Source of the DNA: Styela clava
Taxonomy: Eukaryota
NCBI RefSeq assembly: GCF_964204865.1
Contig: NC_135253.1
Location: forward strand, 14,384,001-14,448,000
Direction of reading: 5' to 3'
Length of the DNA stretch: 64,000 nucleotides
Shown: positions 53,901 through 64,000 of the stretch, in pieces
Layout of the letters: each line of letters begins with the position of its first letter
How positions within the stretch are numbered: the stretch's first letter is position 1
The notes under the pieces: model-generated
Databases searched by the model: none
The model's input: only the letters and a program-made list of their open reading frames with translations
Told to the model about the DNA's origin: nothing
Translations under genes and position numbers: made by a program

Positions 53901-54886
53901 TTTTCTCGAGTATATAAGTTTTCATTTTGCATGAGTATAGCATAATGTGTGTAACTGACAGATAGTAGGCTACATTTTAATTAGTTCAACAGCAGCGTTC
54001 ATTAAAAAAGAACATGGATTTCTTTGGTGAGTATTGTAATTAAAACGCTTTTAGACTTAATAACATATATAAGTAGAATAGTGTGAAGTAAAAAACCTAA
54101 AAAGAACCAAAATAAATACTGCCTTTGTCAGTTAATAGCTTTATTGATAATGTCGGTCTGTCATCTTGGTTTTATTTTGTTTCAACTACATTTGAAGAAG
54201 AATTTAGTAATTGAAGAATGAGTTTGATAGCAATGCTTTTGAAGAAATCTTTTAGCTTTTATAATCTGTTATTATAATTATAATAACTTTTTATGCCAAA
54301 CTCTCCCATTGACGGCCAACAACACGGAAATGTATGTTCCAGCAGAGGTGTGTTTTTGGTTTTGTTTTCAGTATATGTTATTTTATACATATATATTTAA
54401 ATACTCTACAGCTTATATGCAATTTATTTACAATATAAACGTAATCACAAATGGCCTTTTGTTTTAATTTTTGTGAGTTTGGGATATGTTACTAACGCGG
54501 GTTGCTTTGCTGCGATCCAAGTAAATTCATCTTTGTTAAGATACGTTGGTTAACTTAGTAAGTATATATTATTTCAGCTGTGGATGATTTGTAAAAGATA
54601 GCTCGCAATTCGTTTTGCAGAGACTTTCCAGTCAAAACATCCTTTACGGGTTTAACGTGGTACGATCGGTATTGCTTTTATTTACTACTAGGAAATAGTA
54701 ATGATATGGCACTGGCTGGAAATACGCTAGTGGTATGATTATGAGATAGCTCGATATAAAACTATACTATGTCCATTCTTTAATAGCAACTTCTATGATT
54801 ATCAGATTAACTATTATTTATTGTAATCTACACGAATGGTGTGATATCAAAAACTACCATCACCATTAACTGAGTTGTTGGGGACA

Positions 54887-57800
54887 ATGGCGAGCGCTTC
54901 TGAAGTTGCCCAAGGACTTGAAAATGCTTCTCAGAAACAAGAAAAAGAAATTGTAATCGAACTCGGATCAGATCGAATTTTGCATTACATCGGCGTTTAT
55001 CTTGTACTATTTCTCGCTGCAGTATCTAAGTTATCAGAGGCCATTGGTAGGTGAATGTATGAACATTTTGGGTATTTTGAGTATGATATTTTAAAACGTT
55101 TCTAATGAACTCTGTATCTTCCAGCAATATTACTTGACCTATATTATACAGTTTTGCGGAGTTGTTTATTGTGGACTGTGTTGTCGTTTTGTTTCACAAT
55201 GCCAGAACGAGTTCCCCTTACTTTTGTTTGAAGAAAACTATGCTTGATAAAACATTATTCATTTCATTCTGAAAGGTCCCAATTTATCATGTTACCCTGC
55301 TGGGAATGTAACTGTGGAATCAGATTTCATTTCGTACGCAACATCATATTGTTGGGAATCATCGAATGTGTCATTGTCAGAAACCAACAGCAACGGCAAC
55401 AACAACGCTTGTAATGTGGATACAAACATTTCTTCAGAAAATCTTTCAAAACATCCATCATATCTAAAGACATTTCTCCAATGGATGCCTTATGGGATGA
55501 TAATCGAAGTAGGTGTAGATTTCGCCGCTCTTGGAACTGTTAATTGTTAAAATTTTCCCTGTTTGGGTAATTACCCCTTTCGATGAATTGAAATGAATAA
55601 CTTCAAAAATGTATCAGAAAAGAAGACTCAAATTTACGCGTAATGACTCACATAAACTGTATTCTTTCAAAAAAAAGAACAGTTTTCGATGAAAAAAACA
55701 TAAATATATAAAATCGGCTAAGTATACTTCAGAAAGCTTACTGAAAAATATGCTTCATTCTAATCTTTCTTAAATCATATGGTAGATAGAAATAAATCAT
55801 AGGGAATAACTCACCCAATTGGATATTATGAAGATTCCATGCATTAAATAAATCATAAAACATATTCTAAATTGTGAAATTTTTCTCAGGCTTTTTTTTT
55901 TGCGTTGCCGTCTGTTTGGTGGCATTTCCGTGTCGGTGCTAGATTGATGGGACATTTGAAATTCATGAAAATATTGATAGACGATGTCTATGAATTTGTG
56001 AAGACAAAGAAACGAGGAACATATCGCAAGTAAGTAATATTATTTACAGGCTTGTCCATGGGACAAATTTTTCTGTCCAATTCCAATCCCATAGCATTTA
56101 TGCCTGTTCTATCCCATCTCATGAGATTCCCATTGGAAGAAAATTCAATAAAATATTTTAAATCTAGGTTTAGCGTCTACTAAGTAAGGCTACATGTACG
56201 AAGGGACATGCAAAACAACAAAGTTTACGGTCTTTGTTAACTTTATATTCATAACTATCATACATGTGTCCATCAGCCCCTTCACGAAGTATATTGTTAA
56301 TGCTGAATATGTTTTGCTCTTTATGACTAACAAGAGATCTATGCTCAAATATATGGACACGAAGTCCATCACGAAATGTTTTACCATCATTTCCCCGAAA
56401 ATCATACGGTTTTCGTGTCCCACGTATGCCATGGGATATACAAATGTGTGCTGTCCCATCCCATCTCATGAGACGTTTCCCTTGGACGAGCCTGATTATT
56501 TAAAATTATGCAGGTTTATAATAATTACTTCATAAATTAATCTCGCATTATTGTGTTCTTGAGGCTCTATCAAAATGTTTGATAATAAAATACAGTATTT
56601 CGTGGCTCATTTCTAATTAGACTGCAGAAATCTATCAAATATTACTTTGTTTGCAGTGCAATACTCGCAAGTTTTTTTTTCACAAAATCCTTTGTGGCTT
56701 CTTCGCCAATGACACAAAATTTTTCTCATAAATCCACCCAACAAATATCACACTTTTACTATTTGTCATGACATTCTCTTTAGAGGTTCAACCTATGACA
56801 GTCGGAGCTATTATTTAGATGGATGGAGCAGCTATGATCCACAATACAAACGACAAGGATTAGACTCAGATACTGAATCTGAATCATCGGATCCAGAAGA
56901 TTCGAATCCTTCTCCAAACACTGCAACAGGAATCAGACAAAGGAATGGAAGAAATGTCAATTCTGACAGTGCAGAAGACGCACCGCTCGATTCATCAAAA
57001 AAAGCTGCTGGTCAGTTAGAAGAAGTCTCAAGTCATGCTAATCCCTCAGCTTCAAGGATACAGCAACGCAAAAATACACAGAAGGTCAAAACGAAGAAGG
57101 TAGAAGTATGCGGGTTTCAAATAGAACTATAATAATTTTTAGGTGCTATAATCTTTCTGATTCATTCCTTATTTATTGAAAATCAAACTTCAGCATTATC
57201 ACTGTACTGAAACTAGTAATTGATATATTATAACAATTTTAATTTCTCAGAAAAGCATAGAGGACAGCTGGTACGTTCGATTATTTTTCGGTAACATGCG
57301 CGATAGAAATTTATTTTCTATGCTTTGCTTCGAAAATTTTGCTTCACTCGAGCAATATCCTTACATCTTGTCCGTGTACAAAGTCACCGATATTGAAGAA
57401 GACAAAAAGGATAAAGATTTGATAGGACCGAAGACTCAGTGTATCCTGCGACTTGTGTCAAATCAAAAGAACATGAGTGGTCGTTTCCTAATAAAAGCAT
57501 ATCTTCTTAAACATGTTTTTGGCTTCCTTGTTTCCTTATCTGTACTGGCTGTGACTGCGTGGGTTCTCGTGACAATTGGATCTGATGGATGGACTTCTGA
57601 AAGCTTCCAGTGAGTATAGAATGTAATTATTGTAGTTACTGTGATTTAGGAAGCTTTACTGCCACCACGCAGTACCCGTAGGATCCAAAGTAGCAATTGC
57701 TACTCAGCCATCTATTTACATTTCAGGCCGTTTTGTACTTTGTTACTTTATACGCGATATCCAATTTAGTTGTTTAGTTGCCAATCGTTTCGATCAATCT

Positions 57801-58560
57801 CATACAGTGGATGAATCCTAACTTTATGTGGAAAAGTAGTGAATAAATTACTTTGACCTTGGGGTACCGATCCCCATAGTTGGAAGCTTGTGGAGGTGTT
57901 GAAAAGTTTCACAGAGGGCGAAAAAATCTAATAGCAAAACCTTGTCTCGGTGTCGACTCCTAAAATTACATCCCGGTAACAACTCACAGTTCCGACAGAA
58001 ACACGTATAAGTGAAATTGGTAAAGGCAACGGAAATGTAACTTGGTGCGCACTTTTCCGTGCAAATTTATATTGCCATTAAAAACGAAATTCACTTGAAT
58101 ATAATACTGTACAAAACTGTACCCTACAAAGGTTGCTAACCCTAAAAGTACTCAATTGCTAGAAAGCATTTTACCTTATACGGCCCATCGGGCGTCTATG
58201 CCTTCCAACCAATGGCCGATATAGTGACGTTAATTATAGCTTATTTTATATTTTGGCGTTTTTAGTGTTAAAAGTTGTTTAAATCGTAAATATGATATCT
58301 AATATTATTTTTGTTTTAGGTGTGACATCGCCTATCACGAAGACAAATGCATGATTTGTACTCTGCATCGGAAGAGAGACATGATCGCATTTCTCGTGGT
58401 TAACCTGTTAGTGAACTTCGCATATTTACTTCTCTCTGTTTCCCAATGGATATTCATCCGAAGAAGTGAGAATCGCGCAACTTGTTATTACCTGGAAGAC
58501 ATACGAGATCTCGGCAGTGTTGCGCTGCACCAAAAGAAATGGAAAAAGGGAGGAAACTGA
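54887..58560 (+). CDS. Pannexin/innexin-family paralog F, ~482-484 aa. Exons 54887-55046, 55276-55508, 55890-56029, 56784-57099 (or -57105), 57251-57609, 58320-58560
   Basis: Six canonical exons in one open frame: MASASEVAQGLENASQKQEKEIVIELGSDRILHYIG...LSCYPAGNVTVESDFISYATSYCWES...FLQWMPY...LPSVWWHFRVGARLMGHLKF...DRNLFSMLCFENF...ESFQCDIAYHEDKCMICTLHRK...KKGGN*. Most similar to E. Confidence 0.9.
56047..56494. mobile_element. hAT-type MITE in intron 3 of paralog F
   Basis: TIR CAGGCTTGTCCA / TGGACGAGCCTG, perfect 8-bp TSD ATTATTTA, TCCCAT repeats. Explains the spurious ORFs at 56170-56535. Confidence 0.88.
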
Positions 58561-59848
58561 GAATATATAAGATTACATGTGATTAGAAATAACTGAAGTA
58601 GAATGAAGAATATAAGTATCCATAGATAAATGAAATAGGAAATGTCAAATTTGCTTTAATGGACCTCCGAAAGCTGACTTTATTGTAATGCAATTTTATA
58701 TACACAATGCACTGCTGCTGTACTTCATCCTTCACAAACCTTCACTGATTTGAATATTTTAGAGTACTTCATCCTTCACAAACTTCAAATTTTTTTACTG
58801 TTTTCATGATTTGCTAATGTAGTGCTTTATCGTTCGAGTTTTCTATACAATTCAACATCGTTCGTGTCAATCAGGAGATGCGCGGATGCAGTAAAAATGC
58901 AGATCGATCGCCCAAACGCAATTTCAAATGTCTATTTCCCATTTCAGAAAGTTGATAAATAATCTTCAAGTATGAAAAGAGAATCATCTTCACATATATG
59001 TAATGCTTTATTACTGTCTTGCTAACAGTCGTTGTGCAATGCTATCGCTGAGGTCTTTGTCGAGCACTATTACGTAACAATAAAGGGAATATTAATGGAT
59101 TTGTGATTGCTGATTCGATGCGTGTCAAACATGTTAACTGCAGAGCCAGGGCATGGTTCAGAGAACGTCATCAGTACATTGAAATGACTGGAGAGACCTC
59201 AGACTACTTTGTAACCATGACTTATGTAAGAATTATCTCTATACCAGAAACATTGACTTGATTACGATAATTTAACTGATAATTCAGTCTTCAGTTAATC
59301 GAAAGACACAATATAATTATAGGCAATAAATTAAAACATTATAATTTGAACAATATTTATCGCAAGACACAATCAAAAATTCCACTTCATACTTTTACGT
59401 TAACCATTTCACCCTGCATTGGGACATATGTGCTAAAAATTGGACAAATGTGGGTCGCGGCATTTGGGGGACACCGATTAAATTGAAATTCCACACCCTA
59501 TTATATAATCTTAACTTATCATGCTAAAAATGAAAAGAATAAATTCAAACTAAGTCTGGAAAATAGTATTCACATATACTCGAAACCACGCAGTTAAAAT
59601 GCAGATGCAACCTTTTCATTTTTGTAGTGCATAAATATTTTATTGAGCCTAATCGGTGGGATTCTACTCATTTTTGTCAATCGTCTTTTTAACTGAAACT
59701 ATATCACACAAAATTTTCGAGGCAACACGCGAGAGGATAGAGACATTAGGGCATTCTAGTTCACGCATTCTTTTGACTTTATTGACGCTATGTTACGACT
59801 CGAATAGCGAGATATTTTGAACAACCTCGTTGAGGCCGAACTCTAGAA

Positions 59849-61360
59849 CAGTGGTTCCCAAACTTTTTGTACCATCGCCCCCCTACAGTAATTTATACAA
59901 CTTCATCGCCCCCTGGCACTACAGAAAAATGTAAAGTCCGAAACGAACGATACAGACCAAATAAACAAAAAGACAAATCAAAGTTTATAGTGTTTTCAAA
60001 TGAGCTTGGTGATCTCCAGCGAGTTTTTTAATATTATGTATCAAGCACAATCTCAAATCTCCCCGTTTACTGATGGAAAGACGATTTCATTGTTTTGATA
60101 GCAATAGTGTCACGGCTGAAATCCCTTTTCCACCATATAAGAGGTCGGAAATGAAAGAATCCGGGGCTCTATCTCTATAAACATCGCCCGGTATCACCTG
60201 ATGACCTGCACCAAAATACATCATAACAATCTTCGGTAAAATTCCTCTTTGATTCCTCATCATGTACCACGGCTTCCAGTCCGGTTACCAGTCCATAGAA
60301 TTAATCAGCCATTTATATTTTTTTTGAAATTTATGAACTTGAAAGTGGGGGAAGCCCTAACCAACCACCGGCTATGCCAGGGTTCGACAGCCTTTTGTCG
60401 CCCGCGGGACAAAATAAAGAGTTGCGAGTCCCGGCGGGCCGCACATATTTTTTGAAAGTTAAAAACAGTACAGCGTGCGAAGACTGCGACAGACAATTTG
60501 TGAACTCAACTCAGTCGTCAGAACTCAGAAAAAAATTACAAATGACATTTAATGTGACACTGTCTAGTTGCTGCATCACGCTTAATAGCTTTTCGACGGC
60601 ACACTAAATGAAGCCAAGATTGGAACATTTTCTAAATGGGCATCACAACCCTAGTTCTCTGCTTGTTCTTTGTAATGTTCATTTTCCAAAATAATTGTTT
60701 GCACACATATAGACTTCCAAACATCAGAGTGAATTTTTTCGCATGGTTTGTAAAATTTGATAGAGATTTTTTTAGGAAGATACATTTTTATAAAAATCAA
60801 GCAGTGATGCATTTCTCGAATAGAATATGAATTTTATTTCCTCATTGCATTTCATCTCAAGGAGCTCCATTTGAGTATTTTCCGATCTATTGAAACCCTG
60901 CACTCAGCATCAACTCTTCTGCGTGTTGCCATTTGACTAAGTATAATAAAATTATAGGATCGTTAAACGAGTAGCTGTTCACTAAATTGTTAGATTATAT
61001 ATAATATAATTTAGTCTAAACGTGTCTCACGATAAATTCTGTTACGTAAAAAAATATAATATACTCCACGAGCGTAGATTATAAAATTAATTCATCGCCG
61101 CCGTTTTGTCGCAACAATTCAGTGAAGCGTCGCGGGCCGGATTATTTCGCTTCGCGGGCCAGATCCATAGGTTGTCGACCCCTGGGCTACGCGAACTACC
61201 TCACAGCGGGGAGCAGTCCAGCAGTCTTCTCGCGTGTGATTATCGCCCAAGGGATTCAAATACAGTAATCAAGTGCACGATGCGCCAGCCGCCGAACAAA
61301 ATCAAGTTTCGCCAAATTGCCCCCTTCGGCTTTTTCGCCCCTGTATCGTTTTCGCCCACC
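59849..61360 (-). mobile_element. Degenerate Buster/Charlie-type hAT element (right end not seen)
   Basis: Starts CAGTGGTTCCCAAAC with CGCCCC subterminal repeats at both ends. Carries a minus-strand transposase remnant FPTSYMVEKGFS...RGDLRL (~60040-60150). Confidence 0.7.
60378..61184. mobile_element. hAT-type non-autonomous element nested inside the Buster-like element
   Basis: TIR CAGGGTTCGACAGCC / GGTTGTCGACCCCTG, TSD ggctatgc/ggctacgc, GCGGGCC motifs. Confidence 0.82.
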
Positions 61361-62082
61361 GGGTGACGATTGTTAGCGAGAATCATAACGTGTTTCTAAT
61401 TTGATGACGTTTTACGTTGTTACGCAGACGTTGCAAACGTATCGACGCAGCATTATTGCGACAGAGTCCTGTTTCTCGATTAATCCCGGGAATTCTAAAT
61501 TATCGCCACGCTGCTTCGATGAGTTGGCACCTTCTGTCCTTGTATACAGTGTAATCTATTGCGCTAGGAGTTGTTTATCGTGTTTAATATTGGGTTTACT
61601 ATTCGTGGTTAGGATAAACGATTCGAATTGAAGTTATTAATTGGGTTTAAAATCAACGGTTCATACTGGAGTTGTAAAATAATGTAGGGATACCGGCTAG
61701 GGTTGTAATATAGTCCAAATAGAATGATAAATGCTGTTTCTTGTATTTAGTCACATAAGTTAAGTTGTATTTACTTTGGATTATAAATTGTTGAATTGAG
61801 TTGCCTGGAGATCCTAAACATTCGGTATGTAAATATTGTTTTATCTTGTATGATTCATTCTGTAATTTAGCATTGTGAATACTATTTTATCCTATGGGAT
61901 TTAATCTGTACATAATTGTGACATATGGTTATCTGCTAATTGATGTGAATTGTTATTGCTTGTAAAATGGTAATGCTGTTATATTTGATTAATTGTGCCA
62001 TATAATCTATTTAGTTTTATCTATTATTTTGGCAGAAAACCGTTCCATTAACAACGTTCCTTTACGTTCCTCATAGCCGGTA

Positions 62083-64000
62083 TCAGATTCAGATTCAGAT
62101 AATTTATTTTCGTCGTGCAAGAAACATTATGAACAACACAAGCATAGTAAATCAAGGCAAAAGAAAACAACAGACACATAATGTTTCGACTGCAATTAAC
62201 GAGGAGCCGCGAAAGACTATCAAGTCATCGACACCATTAAAGCTGAATGACGTCAAAAAAACGTCAAATGATTAAGGTTGAGTTATATATGATCAGGGCA
62301 AAAATTTGGAAAACGTAAATCGAATCGAGAGAGTAAGCCAAATGAGAAAAGTTTAAATAAAAAGTATGAATGGAATCAAGAGAGTCGGGGAAGAAATGAT
62401 TAATCTAGAATTAAGTTAGCTCAGGGGAAATTTAGAAAACATAAATCGAATCGAGAGAGCAAGTCAAAAGAGAATGGTTTGAAAAGAAATGTGAAGGGAA
62501 TCGAGAGAGAAATGTTTAAATGGGAACAAATATCCATCGTGTCGAGTAAAAGTCAGAAAAAACGTGTTTACGATAAATCAGTATGTCAGTCTCGCAGCGT
62601 CATGCTCGGGTGATCGCAATCACAATATGAAATTGTTGACTGGCAGGACGCTGCAGAAACTTAGCAACTGAAGGGGAATTCCCAGCAACCATAACAGGGG
62701 AAGCCGGGTTGGATTAAGTATCGGTACTGATACGGCAATATATAAATAAATAAATATATAAGTACAATTCAGACAGGAAAAACAGTTTTGATGGGAAAAG
62801 TTCATTCCACATGTACTTTGGGCAATGATGCAAACTCAGTGATAATGGTCGTGCTCTGTGAGGACAACAAAGAAAAATGGTGACAATGCCAATGGCATTA
62901 AGAGGTGAAAAAAGTCACGATCGTTTAGGTAAAATAGAGATCCTGGACCGAATGACCAGTTATAGAAAAATCGAGCCACACAAAAGGTGGGGGACATGGG
63001 TTGTATACGGTACACTACTATACTTATAAGGGATCTATACCACTTATTGAAGCAGACTAAAAGGATACATAGGAATCCAGGTAAAAATTTTTCAAAGCTT
63101 GTTTGAATGAATTGTAATTCATAATTCGAATGTTATCGGATACAGCATTCCATAATTTAACGCCTGTATATTTTATCGAATTTTGAGTACGTTTGGTTGA
63201 AAAATGAGTTACATAATAGGAACTACTGGCAGAGGATCGTGTTCTATAAGAATGCACGCTGCTTTGTTTCAAGAAATAATCAGTGAATGTAACAGGGAGT
63301 TTTTTGTTGTGATGTTGGTGCATCAATTTCAATATCTCTAATTTATAAATATCCACCATTTTAATAATACGAAGTTTATAATAGATTGGATCAAGTTGGG
63401 CATAAGGTCCACTGCCAGAGACAGCACGAATGGCCCTATTCTGCATTATTTCAATTTTGCGTAAAAGAGTTTTATCAGCGGAGCCCCATGCAGAAATACC
63501 GTATTGAATATGGGCTTGGAATAACGAGTGGTAAACCATACGTAAAGTTGAAATTGGTATAAAATGCCTGAGTTTGTACAGTATTCCCACCGACTTAGAT
63601 AACTTAGCAGCCAAGTTAGTTATATGAATATCCCATTTCATTTGACTGTCTAAATATATGCCCAGATATTTATAAGAATTGACTTTTTCTAATGTAATGT
63701 TGTCAATACAGATTAATAAATTATGATTGGCTTTATGTTTATTTGGTGAAATAAGCATAGACTTAGATTTATCGATATTTAATGTCAATTTGTTAGCCTT
63801 CATCCAATTAACCACTTTTACAATTTCAGAGTTCACTCGTGACTGTATAGCTGGTAGAGATTTGTCACTATCTAGAAGTATAGTGTCGTCAGCGAATAGT
63901 TTTGCGAAGAAAGAAGAACAGTGGGTGAGGTCATTTATATAGACGAGGAATAATAATGGACCCAACGTCGAACCCTGTGGGACCCCGTGAGTCACTGGTA
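62083..64000 (-). mobile_element. 3' end of a non-LTR retrotransposon (CR1/L2-group LINE), continuing off the right edge
   Basis: RT ORF followed by a ~970-bp 3' UTR, AATAAA at ~62103-62108 (minus strand) and a (TCTGAA)n tail at ~62083-62100. Confidence 0.85.
63057..63995 (-). CDS. LINE ORF2 reverse transcriptase, C-terminal part
   Basis: GVPQGSTLGPLLFLVYINDL, LFADDT and YKYLGIYLD motifs; no stops over 312 aa. Confidence 0.92.
   Translation of the reverse strand: MTHGVPQGSTLGPLLFLVYINDLTHCSSFFAKLFADDTILLDSDKSLPAIQSRVNSEIVKVVNWMKANKLTLNIDKSKSMLISPNKHKANHNLLICIDNITLEKVNSYKYLGIYLDSQMKWDIHITNLAAKLSKSVGILYKLRHFIPISTLRMVYHSLFQAHIQYGISAWGSADKTLLRKIEIMQNRAIRAVSGSGPYAQLDPIYYKLRIIKMVDIYKLEILKLMHQHHNKKLPVTFTDYFLKQSSVHSYRTRSSASSSYYVTHFSTKRTQNSIKYTGVKLWNAVSDNIRIMNYNSFKQALKNFYLDSYVSF

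Noticed and set aside
54014-54032. ATGGATTTCTTTG|GTGAGT as an upstream coding micro-exon of paralog F
   Set aside because: The nearest acceptor before 54887 would put it out of frame, and F's own ATG aligns with the starts of the other paralogs.
56860-56910. DxxD caspase-like sites in the variable loops (e.g. DPED/S in F)
   Set aside because: Such motifs are expected by chance in Asp-rich low-complexity sequence and are not positionally conserved among paralogs.
8685-58560. Assignment to connexins, LRRC8 or CALHM, or use of a PANX1/2/3 symbol
   Set aside because: Cys spacing does not fit the connexin patterns, no LRR exons follow TM4, and the motifs fit pannexin/innexin. One-to-one orthology cannot be judged without a tree.

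Overview
AT-rich eukaryotic (animal) genomic DNA with short GT-AG introns and many small DNA-transposon insertions. The organism cannot be named from the sequence; the channel motifs suggest an invertebrate chordate such as an ascidian (inference). The dominant feature, broken up by the ORF track, is a tandem cluster of six pannexin/innexin-family large-pore channel loci that I assembled exon by exon. A (8685-12995, -), B (14132-21509, -) and F (54887-58560, +) look intact. C (26188-29230, -) is frameshifted. D (30893-35598, +) has a mutated first splice donor and a ~300-aa inserted cytoplasmic loop. E (36846-42493, -) has a 2.2-kb TIR element inside a coding exon that can be spliced out in frame. 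Three further pseudogene fragments lie at 22.4-25.5 kb, and an 8.5-kb six-unit tandem array amplifies the upstream region and first 23 codons of E. The window also holds the 5' part of an uncharacterised multi-exon gene (447-5477, -), an apparently intact pogo-family transposon with a PHD finger in an intron of B, several hAT/Harbinger/Tigger-type MITEs, and the 3' end of a CR1/L2-like LINE. All gene models were hand-spliced and need RNA-seq confirmation.
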